DNA of 64,000 nucleotides from Podarcis muralis (taxonomy: Eukaryota). The stretch lies in contig NC_135668.1 of NCBI RefSeq assembly GCF_964188315.1, positions 34,844,001 through 34,908,000 on the forward strand. Direction: 5' to 3'. The translations under genes were made by a program, and so were the position numbers. The first letter of the stretch is position 1, and the number at the start of each line of letters is the position of its first letter. Under the pieces are notes generated by a model, which was not told the origin of the DNA, ran no database searches, and saw only the letters and a program-made list of their open reading frames with translations. Positions 24,701 through 37,456 of this stretch are shown in pieces.

Positions 24701-24909
24701 CATGGGTAAGCAAACTAAGGCCCGGGGGCCGGATCTGGCCCAATCGCCTTCTAAATCTGGCCCGCAGACGGTCCAGGAATCAGTGTGTTTTTACATGAGT
24801 AGAATGTGTCTTTTTATTTAAAATGCATCTCTGGGTTATTTGTGGGGCTTGGGAATTCGTTCATTCCCCCCCCCCCCCAATATGGTCTGGCCCCCCACAA
24901 GGTCTAAGG
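24701..24909. mobile_element. hAT-type MITE, right end truncated
   Basis: catgggtaagcaaactaaggcccgggggccggatc; aligns with the full copy at 53285-53538 until about 24909. Confidence 0.85.
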
Positions 24910-25488
24910 ACTAAGGGATTTAGCTCCACTGCTCGGTGGCAGTGGAGGAGGTTCTTGGTAGGGAATTTCATAATTTGGGACAAAAAAAGGCCCTTTCATG
25001 CATCCCAGCCAGCAGCATATCTGCCACTGGTGGAACACAGTGTGTGGGGTCCCTTGCTATGGAAGGGTCATCACCAATGGTAGAATACCCTACCCCATGA
25101 CCTCACCCACTACCAACAGGATGCTGGCATCAAGGAAATGTGGCCCTTGCTCTGCAAATCTTTCTCCTGTACACACACCTGACCAAATCTGAACACCTCC
25201 CTGCTTAGATAAGCATCCAAGGAACGTCAAAGAAAGCTAAAAGAAGTAACTACTGTGGTGACTATGGTTCACATATCTCTAAACATTTAAGATCTCTGCA
25301 TCCCAGTTTGGGCACTGAATCAGAAACAGGTGATCAAAAGAGAGGACTCTATCTGACACAAGGTTTTCTCGTGGCCACAGAAGAGACACATGAGCCCTCT
25401 GCAGCTCTGTGCCTAACTGATCTGTGCTGAATTGTTTTAACAGATAGATAGATAGATGATAGACATGTAAATTGTTTTATATATGTTA

Positions 25489-25845
25489 AAAGGTAAAGGT
25501 AAAGGGGCCCCTGACCATTAGGTCCAGTCGTGGCCGACTCTGGGGTTGTGGCACTCATCTCACTTTATTGGCTGAGGGAGCCGGCGTACAGCTTCCGGGT
25601 CATGTGGCCAGCATGACTAAGCCGCTTCTGGCAAACCAGAGCAGCGTACGGAAACACCGTTTACCTTCCTGCCGGAGCGGTACCTATTTATCTACTTGCA
25701 CTTTGACGTGCTTTCGAACTGCTAGGTTGGCAGGAGCAGGGACCGAGCAACAGGAGCTCACCCTGTCACGGGGATTCAAACCGCCGACCTTCTGATCGGC
25801 AAGTCCTAGGCTATGTGGTTTAACCCACAGTGCCACCCGCGTCCC
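25489..25845 (-). mobile_element. Sauria SINE (Squam1), full length, youngest-looking copy
   Basis: (ACCTTT)n tail, CpG-rich body; 10-bp TSD ATATATGTTA at 25479-25488 and 25846-25855. Confidence 0.95.
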
Positions 25846-25910
25846 ATATATGTTATATATGTTATACATTATAAATTGCTTTGGGAGACCTCATGGGAAA
25901 TGATCAATAA

Positions 25911-26526
25911 ATTATTATTACTACTTATTGAATCTCTGTACTGCCCTTCATCTGAGGATCACAGGGCAGTTTTACAATATAAATATACACAAACATTGCA
26001 TAACATAGCAACAAACAAAAACAATAAACCCCTCACACAGTTTAAAAGGCCATTGATTGTTTAGGCATCCAAAGTTATGGAAGAAGAGGAATGTAATTGC
26101 CTTGCTCCTAAAGTTATGTAACAGGTGCCAAGTGAGTCTATCTGGGGACAGCATTCCACAAATGGGGAGCCACCACAGAAAAGGCCCATTCTCGTGTTGC
26201 TACCCTCTGGACCTCTTGGGGAAGAGGCACAGGAAGAAGGGCCTCAGATGAGGATTGCAGGGTTTGGGCCGGTTCGTATGGGGAGAGGTGGTCCTTGAGG
26301 TACTGTGGTCCTGAGCCATTTAAGGCTTTATAGGTCAAAACCAGCACTTTGAATTGAGCCCGGAAATTAACTGGCAGCGAGTGCACACAGGGCAAGACTG
26401 GCATTGTGTGCTCAAACCATATTGCCCCAGTAAGCAACCTGGATGCTGAATTCTCCACCAGCTAAAATTTCCAAACTGTTTTCAGAGGCAGCCCCACATA
26501 TAACACTTTGCAGCAATCCAACCTAG
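25911..26526 (-). mobile_element. L2 LINE 3' fragment with ORF2 C-terminal remnant
   Basis: ORF 26138-26458 (ENSASRLLTG...HTMPVL...LPVNFRAQFKVLVLTYKALNGSGPQYLKDHL...AFSVVAPHLWNAVP) has the typical L2 ORF2 C-terminal signature; simple-repeat tail at about 25911. Confidence 0.9.
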
Positions 26527-27264
26527 TAATCTAAATAAATAAATGAATAATCTACACATGAGCTTCACATATATCAGAAAAGATTTCCTGGTGGCACAAG
26601 AAGGAACTTCCTCTCCACTGGAAGAGTGGCACTTACATTATCCCAGGCAGTGCAGGATTCCAAACAAAAGTAAATTAAGCAATTATAGTATTCCACTTAC
26701 CAGACCATGTACAAAAACCACCATTTAAATATTCCCTTTATTATACCATATATTTATATGCGGTTGTATTTCCAACCAGAGAGAAAGGAATTTAGTTTTT
26801 TTTGTTTTGTGTAAATAAAACATGTTACACAAACATGTTTAACTCCCCGCTCCCTCTACACACCATTTACAGAATTGTTACCAAGCTTTCTTCTTTAGAT
26901 TCTTCTTTTGACTTTCATGTTTGCTTGCCTTATGTACCCAATGCAGCTTCAGTTAAATGATTGTATTTTCTCCCCCTGTCTCTAATCCTTTTATATGGGT
27001 CTCAACCCCTGCTTACTCTTGCATGCCTTTGTAGTTTGTATAATTGGGTCTTTGCACCATCTTAACAGGGTTTAGCACCATACAGAGCTTGTCAAAATGA
27101 AGCAGAATGGAGATCAACCTATCAGGGGACATAATAAACAACCAAGCACATCCTCCTGCGGTAGACAGATATTATATAGAAAGAGCTGCTTGTTATTTTG
27201 AGACCTTAAAGTTATATGGGCAGATTCTGACAGATATGGACTGGGAAATAGCTGACTGCAGAGG

Positions 27265-27404
27265 CAGCCAGGCAGCCATCTGGTGCCCTCTAGTTGTTGT
27301 TGTACTGCAGTTCCCATAATCTTGTACCACTGGCCTTGATGGTTGGGAGCAGATGGGCATTCTGGTTCAGAAACATCTGGAGGGCACCATGTTGGCTACC
27401 TCTG
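27265..27404. mobile_element. Palindromic hAT-type MITE
   Basis: Arms tggtgccctctag.tg / catctggagggcacca. Confidence 0.7.
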
Positions 27405-27409
27405 ATCTT

Positions 27410-27490
27410 ATTTATTTGCTCATTGTGTTTATATCTCACATTCCCTCCAAGGAGCTCAAGGTGGCATAGAGACTTCTTCCCCTCCTCGTA

Positions 27491-27535
<45 letters not shown>

Positions 27536-27742
27536 CCACCCAGACAGTCTGGGCGGCTTCCAACAAAAGATTAAAAATACATTAAAACATCAGTCATTAA
27601 AAACTTCCCTAAACAGCATCCCTGTCCTGTGAGCTTGGTCAGGCTGAGAGATTGAGACTGGCCCTAGGTCACACAGTCTCTGTGGAGGTGGGATTTGAAT
27701 CCTGGCCTTTTAGGTCCTAGTCTGATCATTACACCACGCTGG
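27410..27742 (-). mobile_element. Ther1/MIR-like SINE interrupted by an L2-type 3' tail (27491-27616)
   Basis: SINE tail and head flank a (TTA)n plus ctgggcggcttccaacaaaagattaaaaatac block. Confidence 0.6.
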
Positions 27743-28101
27743 CATACTACAACGTCTACTGTAAAAAGGCCCTCTACTTTGCTCCCTGAAGCTAAGTCAA
27801 TCTGGTTCTTGCTATTTAAAAAAAAATACTTGACAAGTATGTGTATAGTAAGGCTTTAAAGGCAATGAGACAGATTCATGGAGGAATGTCTCCAACATTT
27901 ATCAGATGAAAATAGGGACATCCTTCAAAAAGGGCAAACTAGAGTCTGGGATCAAATCAGAAACCAGGACAGCTTCTGTAATTCTGGAACTGCCCCTGTG
28001 AAATCAGGACATTTGGAAGGTCTGCTATCAGTGACAACTAGCCAGGATGGTTATGTTCTGCCTCCACTGTCAGGAGGCAATATGCATTTGAATATCAGTT
28101 A

Positions 28102-28324
28102 CAGTGGTACTTCGGGTTACATACGCTTCAGGTTACAGACTCCACTAACCTAGAAATAGTACCTTGGGTTAAGAACTTTGCTTCAGGATGAGAACAGAAA
28201 TCATGCTCTGGTGGCACGGAAGCAGGAGGCCCCATTAGCTAAAGTGGTGCTTCAGGTTAAGAACAGTTTCAGGTTAAGAACGGACCTCCAGAACAAATTA
28301 AGTACTTAACCCGAGGTACCACTG
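28102..28324. mobile_element. Tc1/mariner-type MITE, family A
   Basis: TA-flanked; TIRs as in other family A copies. Confidence 0.92.
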
Positions 28325-28404
28325 TACTGGAAACTGCAGGAGAGGAGAATGCTGGTTCCACATGCTGGCTTATAATAGGTATCTGGTTGGTTCTGTGAGA
28401 TCAT

Positions 28405-28625
28405 AAGAACATAAAAAGAGCCTGATGAGTTAAGGAAATGGCCCATCTAGCCCAGCGTCCTGTTCTCACAGTGGCCAACCAGATGCCCCAAGGGAAGCCT
28501 GCAAGCTGGGTATGAGTATAAGAGCACTCTGCCCGCCTGTGTTTCCCAGCAACTGCTCTTCAGAGATGTAATGCCTCTGACAGTGGAGGCAGAATACAGC
28601 CATCATGGCTAATGGCCATTGATCA
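28405..28625 (-). mobile_element. CR1 3' tail
   Basis: taagaacataaaaagagcc...cccatctagcccagcgtcctgttctcacagtggccaaccagatgcc. Confidence 0.75.
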
Positions 28626-29663
28626 GGACACTGGATTAGGTGGCTTTTGGACCTCATCCAGCAGGGATCTTATTATGCTTTCATAAATACAAATGGCCAC
28701 TTTATTGTTTCTCAAAAGGACCTTAAAGCTTCTATTGACTGGAAGGCTGACACAAAGATCTACATTTATCAAGAAAGAGGTTGTGAAGATCACTAAAAAA
28801 CTTGCATTAAAAACAAAAGGGGGAAACAGCTCAATGTGTGCACTGATATGAGACACCATTAATTTGTTCTAGAAAGGCCTGTGCAAATTTAGATTATGGT
28901 GAAGTGGAATTTGACAGGTTTGTGACTATTGAATGAGGCTCTTCAGCATGGTTTCAGTGAGTAAAAAAGAAGAATGATTTAAGAACATCTAGGTTTATTA
29001 AATAAATAAAAGGGGTTGGAATGAAAGCATAATGTAGTATAAAACTTAGGATGCAAAGGCACCTGCCATGTTTATTGTTCGTGAGAACATATGATAACTC
29101 GTTTCAGGCACAGACCAAAGGTCCATCTGGTCAAGCTGTCTAGATGCTGGAAAGATCCCTCTGGGCTTATTTAGACAATTATGGGGGAAAAAATGTGTAT
29201 TTTTCTTTGTAAGCTGCTTTGAGGTTTTCTGAAATAAGTAAATAAATTACTGGTTTTAATTTTCTGAAATAAGGAAGTAAATTACTGGTTTTAATTTTAA
29301 GTCTTCATGTGTTTTTATGTTGCAAACAGTTTTCATTTTTGTGACATTGCAGTATATTTTTCTGACAAATAAAATATAAACAAATATTTAGATCAAGGAT
29401 AGGCCGAAAGTAGATCAAGATTTCCTGGCGGATCTCTCGGTTATTCACAACAGATTGACAAAGATGTCTAGCTCTCAAATGTTTACAGATTGCAACAGAA
29501 AGGTGCCTCCCATCATCTAAATTTAGCTGCAGCGACTAAGAAAGCTTGTAGTAAACAGAAATGGACCTTAGCATGAAAGGACTGTGATGTCTGATCAATT
29601 CTGGCCATGAGGACAAATTCCTAGCTCATAGACACCCTGTCCATTCACTCTAAACTGTATATA

Positions 29664-29905
29664 CAGTGGTACCTCGGGTTACATACGCTTCAGGTTACAT
29701 ACACTTCAGGTTACAGACTCCACTAACCCAGAAATAGTGCTTCAGGTTAAGAACTTTGCTTCAGGATGAGAACAGAAATTGTGCTCCGGCGGCGCGGCAG
29801 CAGCAGGAGGCCCCATTAGCTAAAGTGGTGCTTCAGGTTAAGAACAGTTTCAGGTTAAGTACGGACCTCCGGAATGAATTAAGTACTTAACCCGAGGTAC
29901 CACTG
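29664..29905. mobile_element. Tc1/mariner-type MITE, family A
   Basis: TA-flanked, perfect TIRs. Confidence 0.92.
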
Positions 29906-31185
29906 TATACCACATCTGGTTCTGGTTTGTAGATGTTAGAGTTGTAGTAAAATAGAAGTAATTCTGACAAGCCTGAACTCTGTCCCTGGCATAGAGAGTC
30001 AGTATGGTATAGGTTAGAGTTGGACTAAGACCTGGGAGACTGGGGTTCAAATACCCAGACAGCCATGAAGCCCATAGGCTGACCTTTGGCTAGTCACTAT
30101 ATCTCAGCCTAACCTACTTCCCAGAGTTGTTGTGTAGTGACTGGGGGAAGATATGTGCTGTCTTGAGTTTATTGTAGAAAATGAGGGCTGTAATAGATAA
30201 TAATAAATAAATTATAATTAATTTTATTACTATTTTCCTGCCACACCCTCTCAATTCTATGCCACACCATCAGTGTCTCCTGGCTTCGGTTCCTTTCTGA
30301 ATGGGCAATCGCCCCTCCTGCAAATCAGGAGTCATGCAATGTACATATGATATCACAATGCCATGTAGCCCATCAAGTTTAGCTTTGGGGGTGACAAAAC
30401 TCAGAGCAAGCCAAGGCAGATTGAAAAGAACAATGCAATGCAACTGCTTGTGTGAACTCCTCCCCTCTACACCACAACATACCTATTTGTAAAATGCCAA
30501 AAGGTGAGGAGTTATCCAAAACATTGGTAAAGGAACACACCCTGCAATAGCCAACACTCATCTCTAATATCAGGAGCACCACGAAACCCAGCCTTGCTGA
30601 GAAATTCCTCTAGCCTTTCAAGTATCAAGTATTTATTACCCTTTGGAGTGTTTCATCTGTTTTTCTGGTTCCTGCTGACATTTATATCTTGCCAAGATGT
30701 TTATGGTTGCAAAGAAATACAAAATAACTCATAATCCCCTTACAAACCTTAAAAAGCAGTCCGTCATGTTGCTGCAAGCATGCCGTATATTCTGAGCATA
30801 TAAATATGCATGCTCCTCTCCCCCCGCCCCACCGCCAAGATCTCCCAAGAATATATTACGTGAGGAGTTTCAAATCTATAATGTATAGGGCTGACTAAAA
30901 AAATCTGTACTGTATAGATCAAATCTATTGTGACATCTCTCGCACAGTGAAAATACATGACCCAGCTTCAGTTACACGAGAGAGGGAGTTTTCATGAGGA
31001 TATTACCCAGGGAAGGATCTTCTCCTATTCCATCTCCACATTTACCAAAGGACATGGAGGATTGTTATCAACTGTCACAGGCAGAGAGAGAGAGAGAGAG
31101 AGAAGCCTAAGCAATATCATAATAAGAACATGGGAAGACAAGGAGAAGCACATTGGATCACACACAAGGTTCCTCAAGTCTAGTA

Positions 31186-31394
31186 CAGTGGTACCTCGGG
31201 TTAAGAACTTAATTTGTTTTGGAGGTCCGTTCTTAACCTGAAACTGTTCTTAACCTGAGCTTTAGCTAATGGGGCCTCCTGCTGCTGCCAAGCAATTTCT
31301 GTTCTCATCCTGAAGCAAAGTTCTTAACCCGAGGTACTATTTCTGGGTTAGCGGAGTCTGTAACCTGAAGCGTCTGTAACCCAAGGTACCACTG
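31186..31394. mobile_element. Tc1/mariner-type MITE, family A
   Basis: TA-flanked TIRs; small internal deletions. Confidence 0.9.
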
Positions 31395-32039
31395 TATTTT
31401 GCTTCCAGCAGAGGATAGCCATTGGTCTGCAACTGGGATGGTCAACAGGTTTCCTCCAGGTGGACTATGTGGCCTTAAAAGGACCCTCCTCCAACTCTAT
31501 GGTTTTATAAAGAATAATCTGAGCAGGGAATGCTTTTTTCTCCTATAGCAAAGAATTGTTCAATTGCCTGATGGACTGATCTGCCTTTGTTAACTTTGAG
31601 GGGAAAAGGCAGGGTGTCCAGACAACCAAACACAATGCTTTTTTCCCTGTTGCCTTGTTGTGTGGCTGTTTATTTTCTTTTATTTGTACTGGCACAACCT
31701 TTTATGCCCCAGACAAAATGGAGTTATAGCCCATCTGCAAAGAAAGGACCACATAATCCCAAAGCAAAGCAAAACTTAACAAATACACATGCATACACAG
31801 AAGAGTGTTTAAAAGGGTTTACGGCTGCCAGGGCAGGAGGAGTGCCACCTGCTTTCCAGTCCATGGTTATTGTTGTTATTTAAACAGGAACTTTTGTCAA
31901 AAAGGACAAGCACATTAATCACCTGTCACTGCAGACAGAATTCACCTATGGGTCATCAGGGCTGCTTATATATCTTATTATTTAATAATGTTTACTGCTG
32001 CAATGATGGGCCCTAGACAGCTTAGAGAACCAGGAGGGT

Positions 32040-32310
32040 GGAGGGCATGGGGTTTAGTTCCCACGGCCAAGACCCAAGTGGAAGGCTTGCACCTCAATGA
32101 AAGGTTGCAGGCTTGATCCCTGGCATCTCCCAGCAGGGCTGGGAGAGTCTCCTGCCTGACACTCTGGAGATCTTCTTCTCTTATTCCGAATAGGATTCCT
32201 CGCAAGAAAAGGGGAAAGTTGACAGCTATGCTGGAGAGTCACTGCCAGTTGTGCAAACAATACTGAGTGAGATGGATCAAGAGTCTGATTCAGCATATGG
32301 GAGCTTCCTA
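32040..32310 (+). mobile_element. tRNA-derived SINE containing a one-ended copy (32172-32230) of the 90-bp hAT MITE
   Basis: Right TIR aaaaggggaaagttgacagctatg present, left TIR absent; ctggaga on both sides. Confidence 0.7.
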
Positions 32311-32312
32311 TG

Positions 32313-32360
<48 letters not shown>

Positions 32361-32761
32361 GTATACAGTGGAACAAGGGAGAACCAGACAGCAGCCAGAA
32401 GCACATATAGAAGGGTAAGGAATATATGTCCTTCCAGATTTGTTGGACTACAACTCCCATCATGCTTACCATGTTGGATGCTGGGAGTTGGAGTCCAACA
32501 AGTGGAGGGACACAGGTTACCTGTCTCTGTATAATTAGATAAATGAGGCCAAGCCTGGCAAATAATTGGGGAGTGGGTTAACAATTCACAGAATGAAGAA
32601 ATCCTGTATTAATGTAACTTTAAAAAATAAATATTTGGACCTGAGACAAGTAGAGCCAGGCTTTATCATGAAAGGGACAGGAGGAGTGTGACCCTGTTAT
32701 TTCTGCTTGATGTCCCAGTGATCTTGGATCCCATCAACCATGGTATTCTTCTAGACCAACA

Positions 32762-33021
32762 AAGGACTCATCCACACTTCCACTTGTTCTATGGCTAGAT
32801 AGCACGGATCCAATATGTTTTCTGCTTGTAGCGTGCTTTCTAGGCACTGGGCCAAGAGGTTTTTTTCGTTTGTCCCACCACTTTCCCTAGGAAAATTCAC
32901 TGAACGAGAACAATCTTCAATCCATAGAAAAACAGATCAACATTTGTTCCAATTGAGCAGTAAACAGCAGCGGGTTTTCCTGGGCAAAAGTGGTGGGACA
33001 AGGAGAAGTGTGGACAAACCC
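32762..33021. mobile_element. Palindromic Harbinger-like MITE
   Basis: Inverted arms catccacacttc / gaagtgtggac and ttgtcccaccactttccctaggaaaa / ttttcctgggcaaaagtggtgggacaa; related start at 63497. Confidence 0.6.
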
Positions 33022-34989
33022 CTTGTTGTTGGGTATCAGAGGCACTGCATCACAGTGGTTCCATTTGCATCTTCAGGGTCATGTTCCAAGCGTAGCAATG
33101 GGTGAGTGCCATCTTATTCATGTCTACTCAGAAGCATCCAGCTATCTGTCCTCTCAATCCCTCATGGCAAATTTAATGCCCTTAAAGAGGCAGTGTCACA
33201 GTCACTTGTAAAGAAGCCCACCTTGAACCCAATGGGGAGGTGATTATGGGGTGGTGGTGCACTATAAACATTCTTGGAAGATGCCAGTTACATTAACCCA
33301 TTCTAACCCTTGTCCGTGGTCACCCTAATGGATTATCTTTATAGAGATATGTGACTCTGTGAGATTGGTAATGGAGACACTGTTTTGTGGTGCTTCCACT
33401 CCTATCTCCAGGACCAGCTACAGAGAGAAGCACAGCAGAATTCCTCTTCCTCCCCACTCCCCAACATTTATGCTTTGGGGTTCTGCAGAGCACAACTCTT
33501 ATCTCCAGTGCTACCCATTTAACATTTTTATGGAGCCATTGAGTGTGTTTTCCTTCATTTGAATATTTTAATGTTTTATTATGGTGGTATTTCTCTTTAT
33601 AAATAAAAAGTAGCATAGAAATATTTAAAAATGAATAATGAATACAGCTGCCTAGATTGTTTTAGGGGGTGCTAAAGGGCTAACCTTTCAACAGGCTTCT
33701 TTATGTCAGGCTCATATATTTACATGTGATTTTTTTTTTTCCTTCAGAGAGCTGCACCTTTGGAAAGAGTCTTGTACCAGCAAGGAGTAGAAAGGCACCT
33801 TCTGCACTAACCAGCCAATTAATCCTGAGGTAGTGTGGGAACTCACCTACTTTCCAAGAGAACTGTGGAACTAACAAGACTGTGGCAGAATAGTTGGCTA
33901 TGCAGCCTTCTCAGAAATTTCACCCGAAGCGAAAGTCATAGCAAATGTAGGGTTCCCTCTCCTGGAGAAGCACCTGAGAAAGACCCCCCCCCCAAATCCC
34001 ATAAGACTAATGGAATTTTTAAATGTTGTTGTTGTTGTTGTCGTTGTTAATGTCTGCTCTCTTTCATCATATTTTGCTTCAGGTAAAATTAGGAACTCAG
34101 TTTGGAGGTTTCTCTCTCAGGCAAAAAACTTAGGTTAATTTTTGGAAGTTCCTAATATGTTATTGTGAACCATCCTTGCAATGTGTTTGTAGAGTAGGGT
34201 TACTCATCTTAAAAGGGGGGGGGGGATCTGAGCAGTAGAGAGCTTTTAGTGTGATGAAAAGCATTCCGAGAGGAAATTCACGCAAACCCTAGTTGGAACT
34301 TCAGACTGATGGTCTATCTAGTGCAGCATCCCTTCTACTGACAGAAATCACCCATGATCCTCTGGGAAATTCACAAAGAGGGCATGTCAAACACATCCAG
34401 GATCAATGTTGTCGCCATCTAACACCACCACCATTTGACTGGAGTCCAGAGAGAATTCTCATATCCCATCCTAGGTCAAAATCATGGCTACTTCCTTGGC
34501 TCCTTGAGGTCCCATGGCTGCTGTCAACCAGCCTTCATCTGAAGTTTGGGAATTCAAAAATAAGAATGTTGCAAGCACCAAGGGAAAGACAGAGTGGGCA
34601 TAGGATTCAACTTCAGTGTCTTTTGACCCAACATTCCCTGGAGGCACAAAGCATGAGAAACACCCAGAAAACATTCTACTGGGATCTTCCCAAGGGGCCA
34701 GACTGCTATCATTGTCAGATTCTAAGAACTACGCTACAGACACTGAAGTCTGGCCAAACCTATGGAAGCCAATGCTAACATAACTGGGTGAGGGACTTTT
34801 CACTATGAAGGCCTTTCCTAGAGAGGCTAGGGATATACCCCTACTTTATTTAAAGCTGCTTTCACTAACTGAGTGCACAGCTGGATTACAACTGCATAGC
34901 TGTAATTTGACTTATCATCTGACAAGGTTCCCAGATTCCTGCTCCCATTATTTATTTATTAAATCACAATTATACAAAATACAAAACTG

Positions 34990-35330
34990 TGGACTAAGTG
35001 GATCCTGACGGCCAATGCCATTGGATAGCTCTGTTGGGTTCTAGAACTGCTTGTGGCTTCAGACTGCAGTGTCGTGCCTCCGCCATGGGCGCTCTCGACC
35101 GCTTCTCCCCCCGCCTTTTGGCAGTGTTTTCGGGGGGTGGCAGGAGAATTGCGCCTTTGCTGGTCCCCCCAACGCCCCGCTGTCCCTCGTGGGGCTTTCT
35201 GGGGTGTGTGTGTGCTTAGCCCTGGCACTCTCCCCTCTTTCCCTGTAAGCTCCTGAGTCAATTGCTTTTTTCAGCGCAATCGGATCCACACCGCCATTTC
35301 TGCACAGCAGGAAACAGGAAGTCAATTTTC
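34990..35330 (+). promoter_or_regulatory. Small CpG-rich promoter-like island with Kozak ATG
   Basis: 14 CpGs in 35061-35300; TGACG 35006, CCAAT 35012, ATTGG 35020, ccgccATGG 35085, AP-1 TGAGTCA 35254, YY1-like CCGCCATTT 35291, ETS ACAGGAAGT 35314. Confidence 0.55.
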
Positions 35331-35754
35331 TTGTTTTTAATGCCACTCCACAATGCACAGTTTCCCATTATTCCTGCTTTTAGTCTATCATTGCACTTTT
35401 TCAATATATAATCCTAGAGGCCAGTGGGGATGAAGCTGAAGGCAGTTTCTTTGTTTCATCCAGAACCCTTCCAGACGCTTGCATAGAGTAAGGGCAAGGC
35501 AGCACTCTTGTGCTCGTCCATCTTTTCTAGGTGCCCCTCCCTTCCCTCAGTAACCATTTCCTTCCCATTGTTCCCAGTGGGAGAGAACTCACTATGCCAG
35601 CTCCCCTGGGTGGCAGGGAGACTGGGACAGCAATGCCTTCAATGACATGGCCCCTTTCAAATGTCAGTAGAGGAAGGGCTGCAAATGTATCCTTGGTGGT
35701 GGGGAGAATGTATCCAATGCTGGATTGCCCACTCTCTCCACCCAGAACCCTAAA

Positions 35755-36477
35755 CATATGAAGAGCCTGTTGGATCAGGCCAGTGGCCCACCTAGTCCAC
35801 CATCCTGTTCTCACAGTGAACAACCAGATGCCTCTTCTGGGAAGCCCACAAGCATGACCTGAGCACACATGCACCCCTGCTCCTGTGGTTTCCAGCAGGT
35901 GGTATTCAGAAGCATTCCTGCCTCCAGCTGTGCAGGTGTAGAATAGTCATCACAGTGAGTAGCCACTGATAACTTTTTTCCTCCACAAATTTGTCCTATC
36001 ATCTTTTAAAGTCATCCAAGTTGCTGGCTATCACTGCCAACTGTGGAAGCGAGCTCCATAGTTTAACTATGCACTGCAGGAACAAGGACTTTCTAGCTGT
36101 CCTGAATCCTCTAATATTCATGTTAATTGGATGTCCACAAGTTCTGGCACTATGAGAGAGGAAGAAAACTTTTTTCTCTGTCCACCTTCTCCATGCTATG
36201 GTATAATCTTATAAACTTCTATCATGTACCCCCTTTCTCGTATTTTCTCTAAAATAAAAAGTCCCAAATGCTCCGACCTTTCCTCATAAGGGAGTCACCC
36301 CATCTCCTTAATCATTCTGGTTGCCTTTTCTGAACCTTTTCCAACTCTGAAATATCCATTTTCAGGTAAGGCAACCAGAAGTGTATGCAGTATTCCAAAT
36401 ATGGTTGCTCTGTAAATTTGTATAATGTCATTATGATACTGGCAGCTTTTCAATTCCTTTCCTAATGATCCCTAGCC
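35755..36477 (-). mobile_element. CR1 LINE 3' ~720 bp including decayed ORF2 end
   Basis: Minus strand begins GLGIIRKGIEK and follows the CR1 RT C-terminal pattern with frameshifts, ending in the CR1 tail. Confidence 0.85.
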
Positions 36478-37084
36478 CTAGAAATGTTTCTCATGCCCCA
36501 TTGGATTATCTGGTGTTTCCTATGGTCCCAGGGACCATAGGATTTCAGGGTTCATGTCTGCAGTGTAAACCACTTTGAGACTCTTGTCATCTGGAGAGCA
36601 GAATAACAGGTATATTAAAAACAAAGACATAAATGAACATCAGATGCACCTTCTTCCCCCTCCCTCCCTCCCTCCCTCCCATCCCCTATTTCCTTTTAAT
36701 CCTTCATCTTCCTTTCTTCCATTCCCACATTTTCCTTCCTTCCACTCTCATTTAGCCTCCTAAGATACTGCAGTAAGGAACCATATATGGTATATCCTTG
36801 ACAGCTTTCCCTGTCCTACAACACTCCCAGATGGAGTCAGCAGTGGTCTCTTGTGAGATCATTTGGCTGGTATCACAAAGGAATGTGCCAGGATGTTAAT
36901 TCCCATTGTCAGTCCTCCTTTACATGCACTGGAGACAGACGGCTGCTTTGCTAAGAACACCATACCCTGGAACCGGAGATCAAGTAACAGTGGGAAAGAG
37001 GGATGTGGAGAAAATTCAAGCTGAGGAAGACAGTAACTCAATGGCACAGTGATCCTATGATCCTTCCTATATTTCATAGATCAG

Positions 37085-37215
37085 TGGTAGAACCCCTGCT
37101 TTGAATGCAGAAGGTCCCAGGTACACCCAATGGAGATTGCTGCCTGAAACTCTGGAGAGCTGCTACCAGTCAGTGTAGAGAATACTGACCCAGATAGATT
37201 AATGATGGTTTTTAT
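37085..37215 (+). mobile_element. tRNA-derived SINE (Squam2-like)
   Basis: cagtggtagaacccctgctttgaatgcagaaggtcccagg...ggagagctgctaccagtcagtgtag. Confidence 0.75.
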
Positions 37216-37456
37216 AAACAAGCAAACAAGTTTGCACCCACAACACTTTGCTATCTGACAAAGGATTGACCAAAAAGCATGCACTGAGTGTTGAAATGAA
37301 GCAGCATGCCCAGTCCAAAACCTTTGCAGGTGCAAACTATTAAAAGTGAGATTGTGTATAACTGGCCCAGCAACATCCTGAGCGCAAATTGTTATAAATA
37401 TACAACAGAAAGGCTGTCTGGAGGGGTCAACACTCAAGCACACAAGATGCAGAAAG

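Noticed and set aside
32815-33105. 96-aa ORF with apparent strong acceptor and donor
   Set aside because: Acceptor and most of the frame lie within a palindromic MITE (32762-33021).
34293-34778. 161-aa ORF, the longest outside repeats
   Set aside because: No recognisable domain, starts at TTG, no clear splice signals; about one ORF of this size is expected by chance in six frames of 64 kb.
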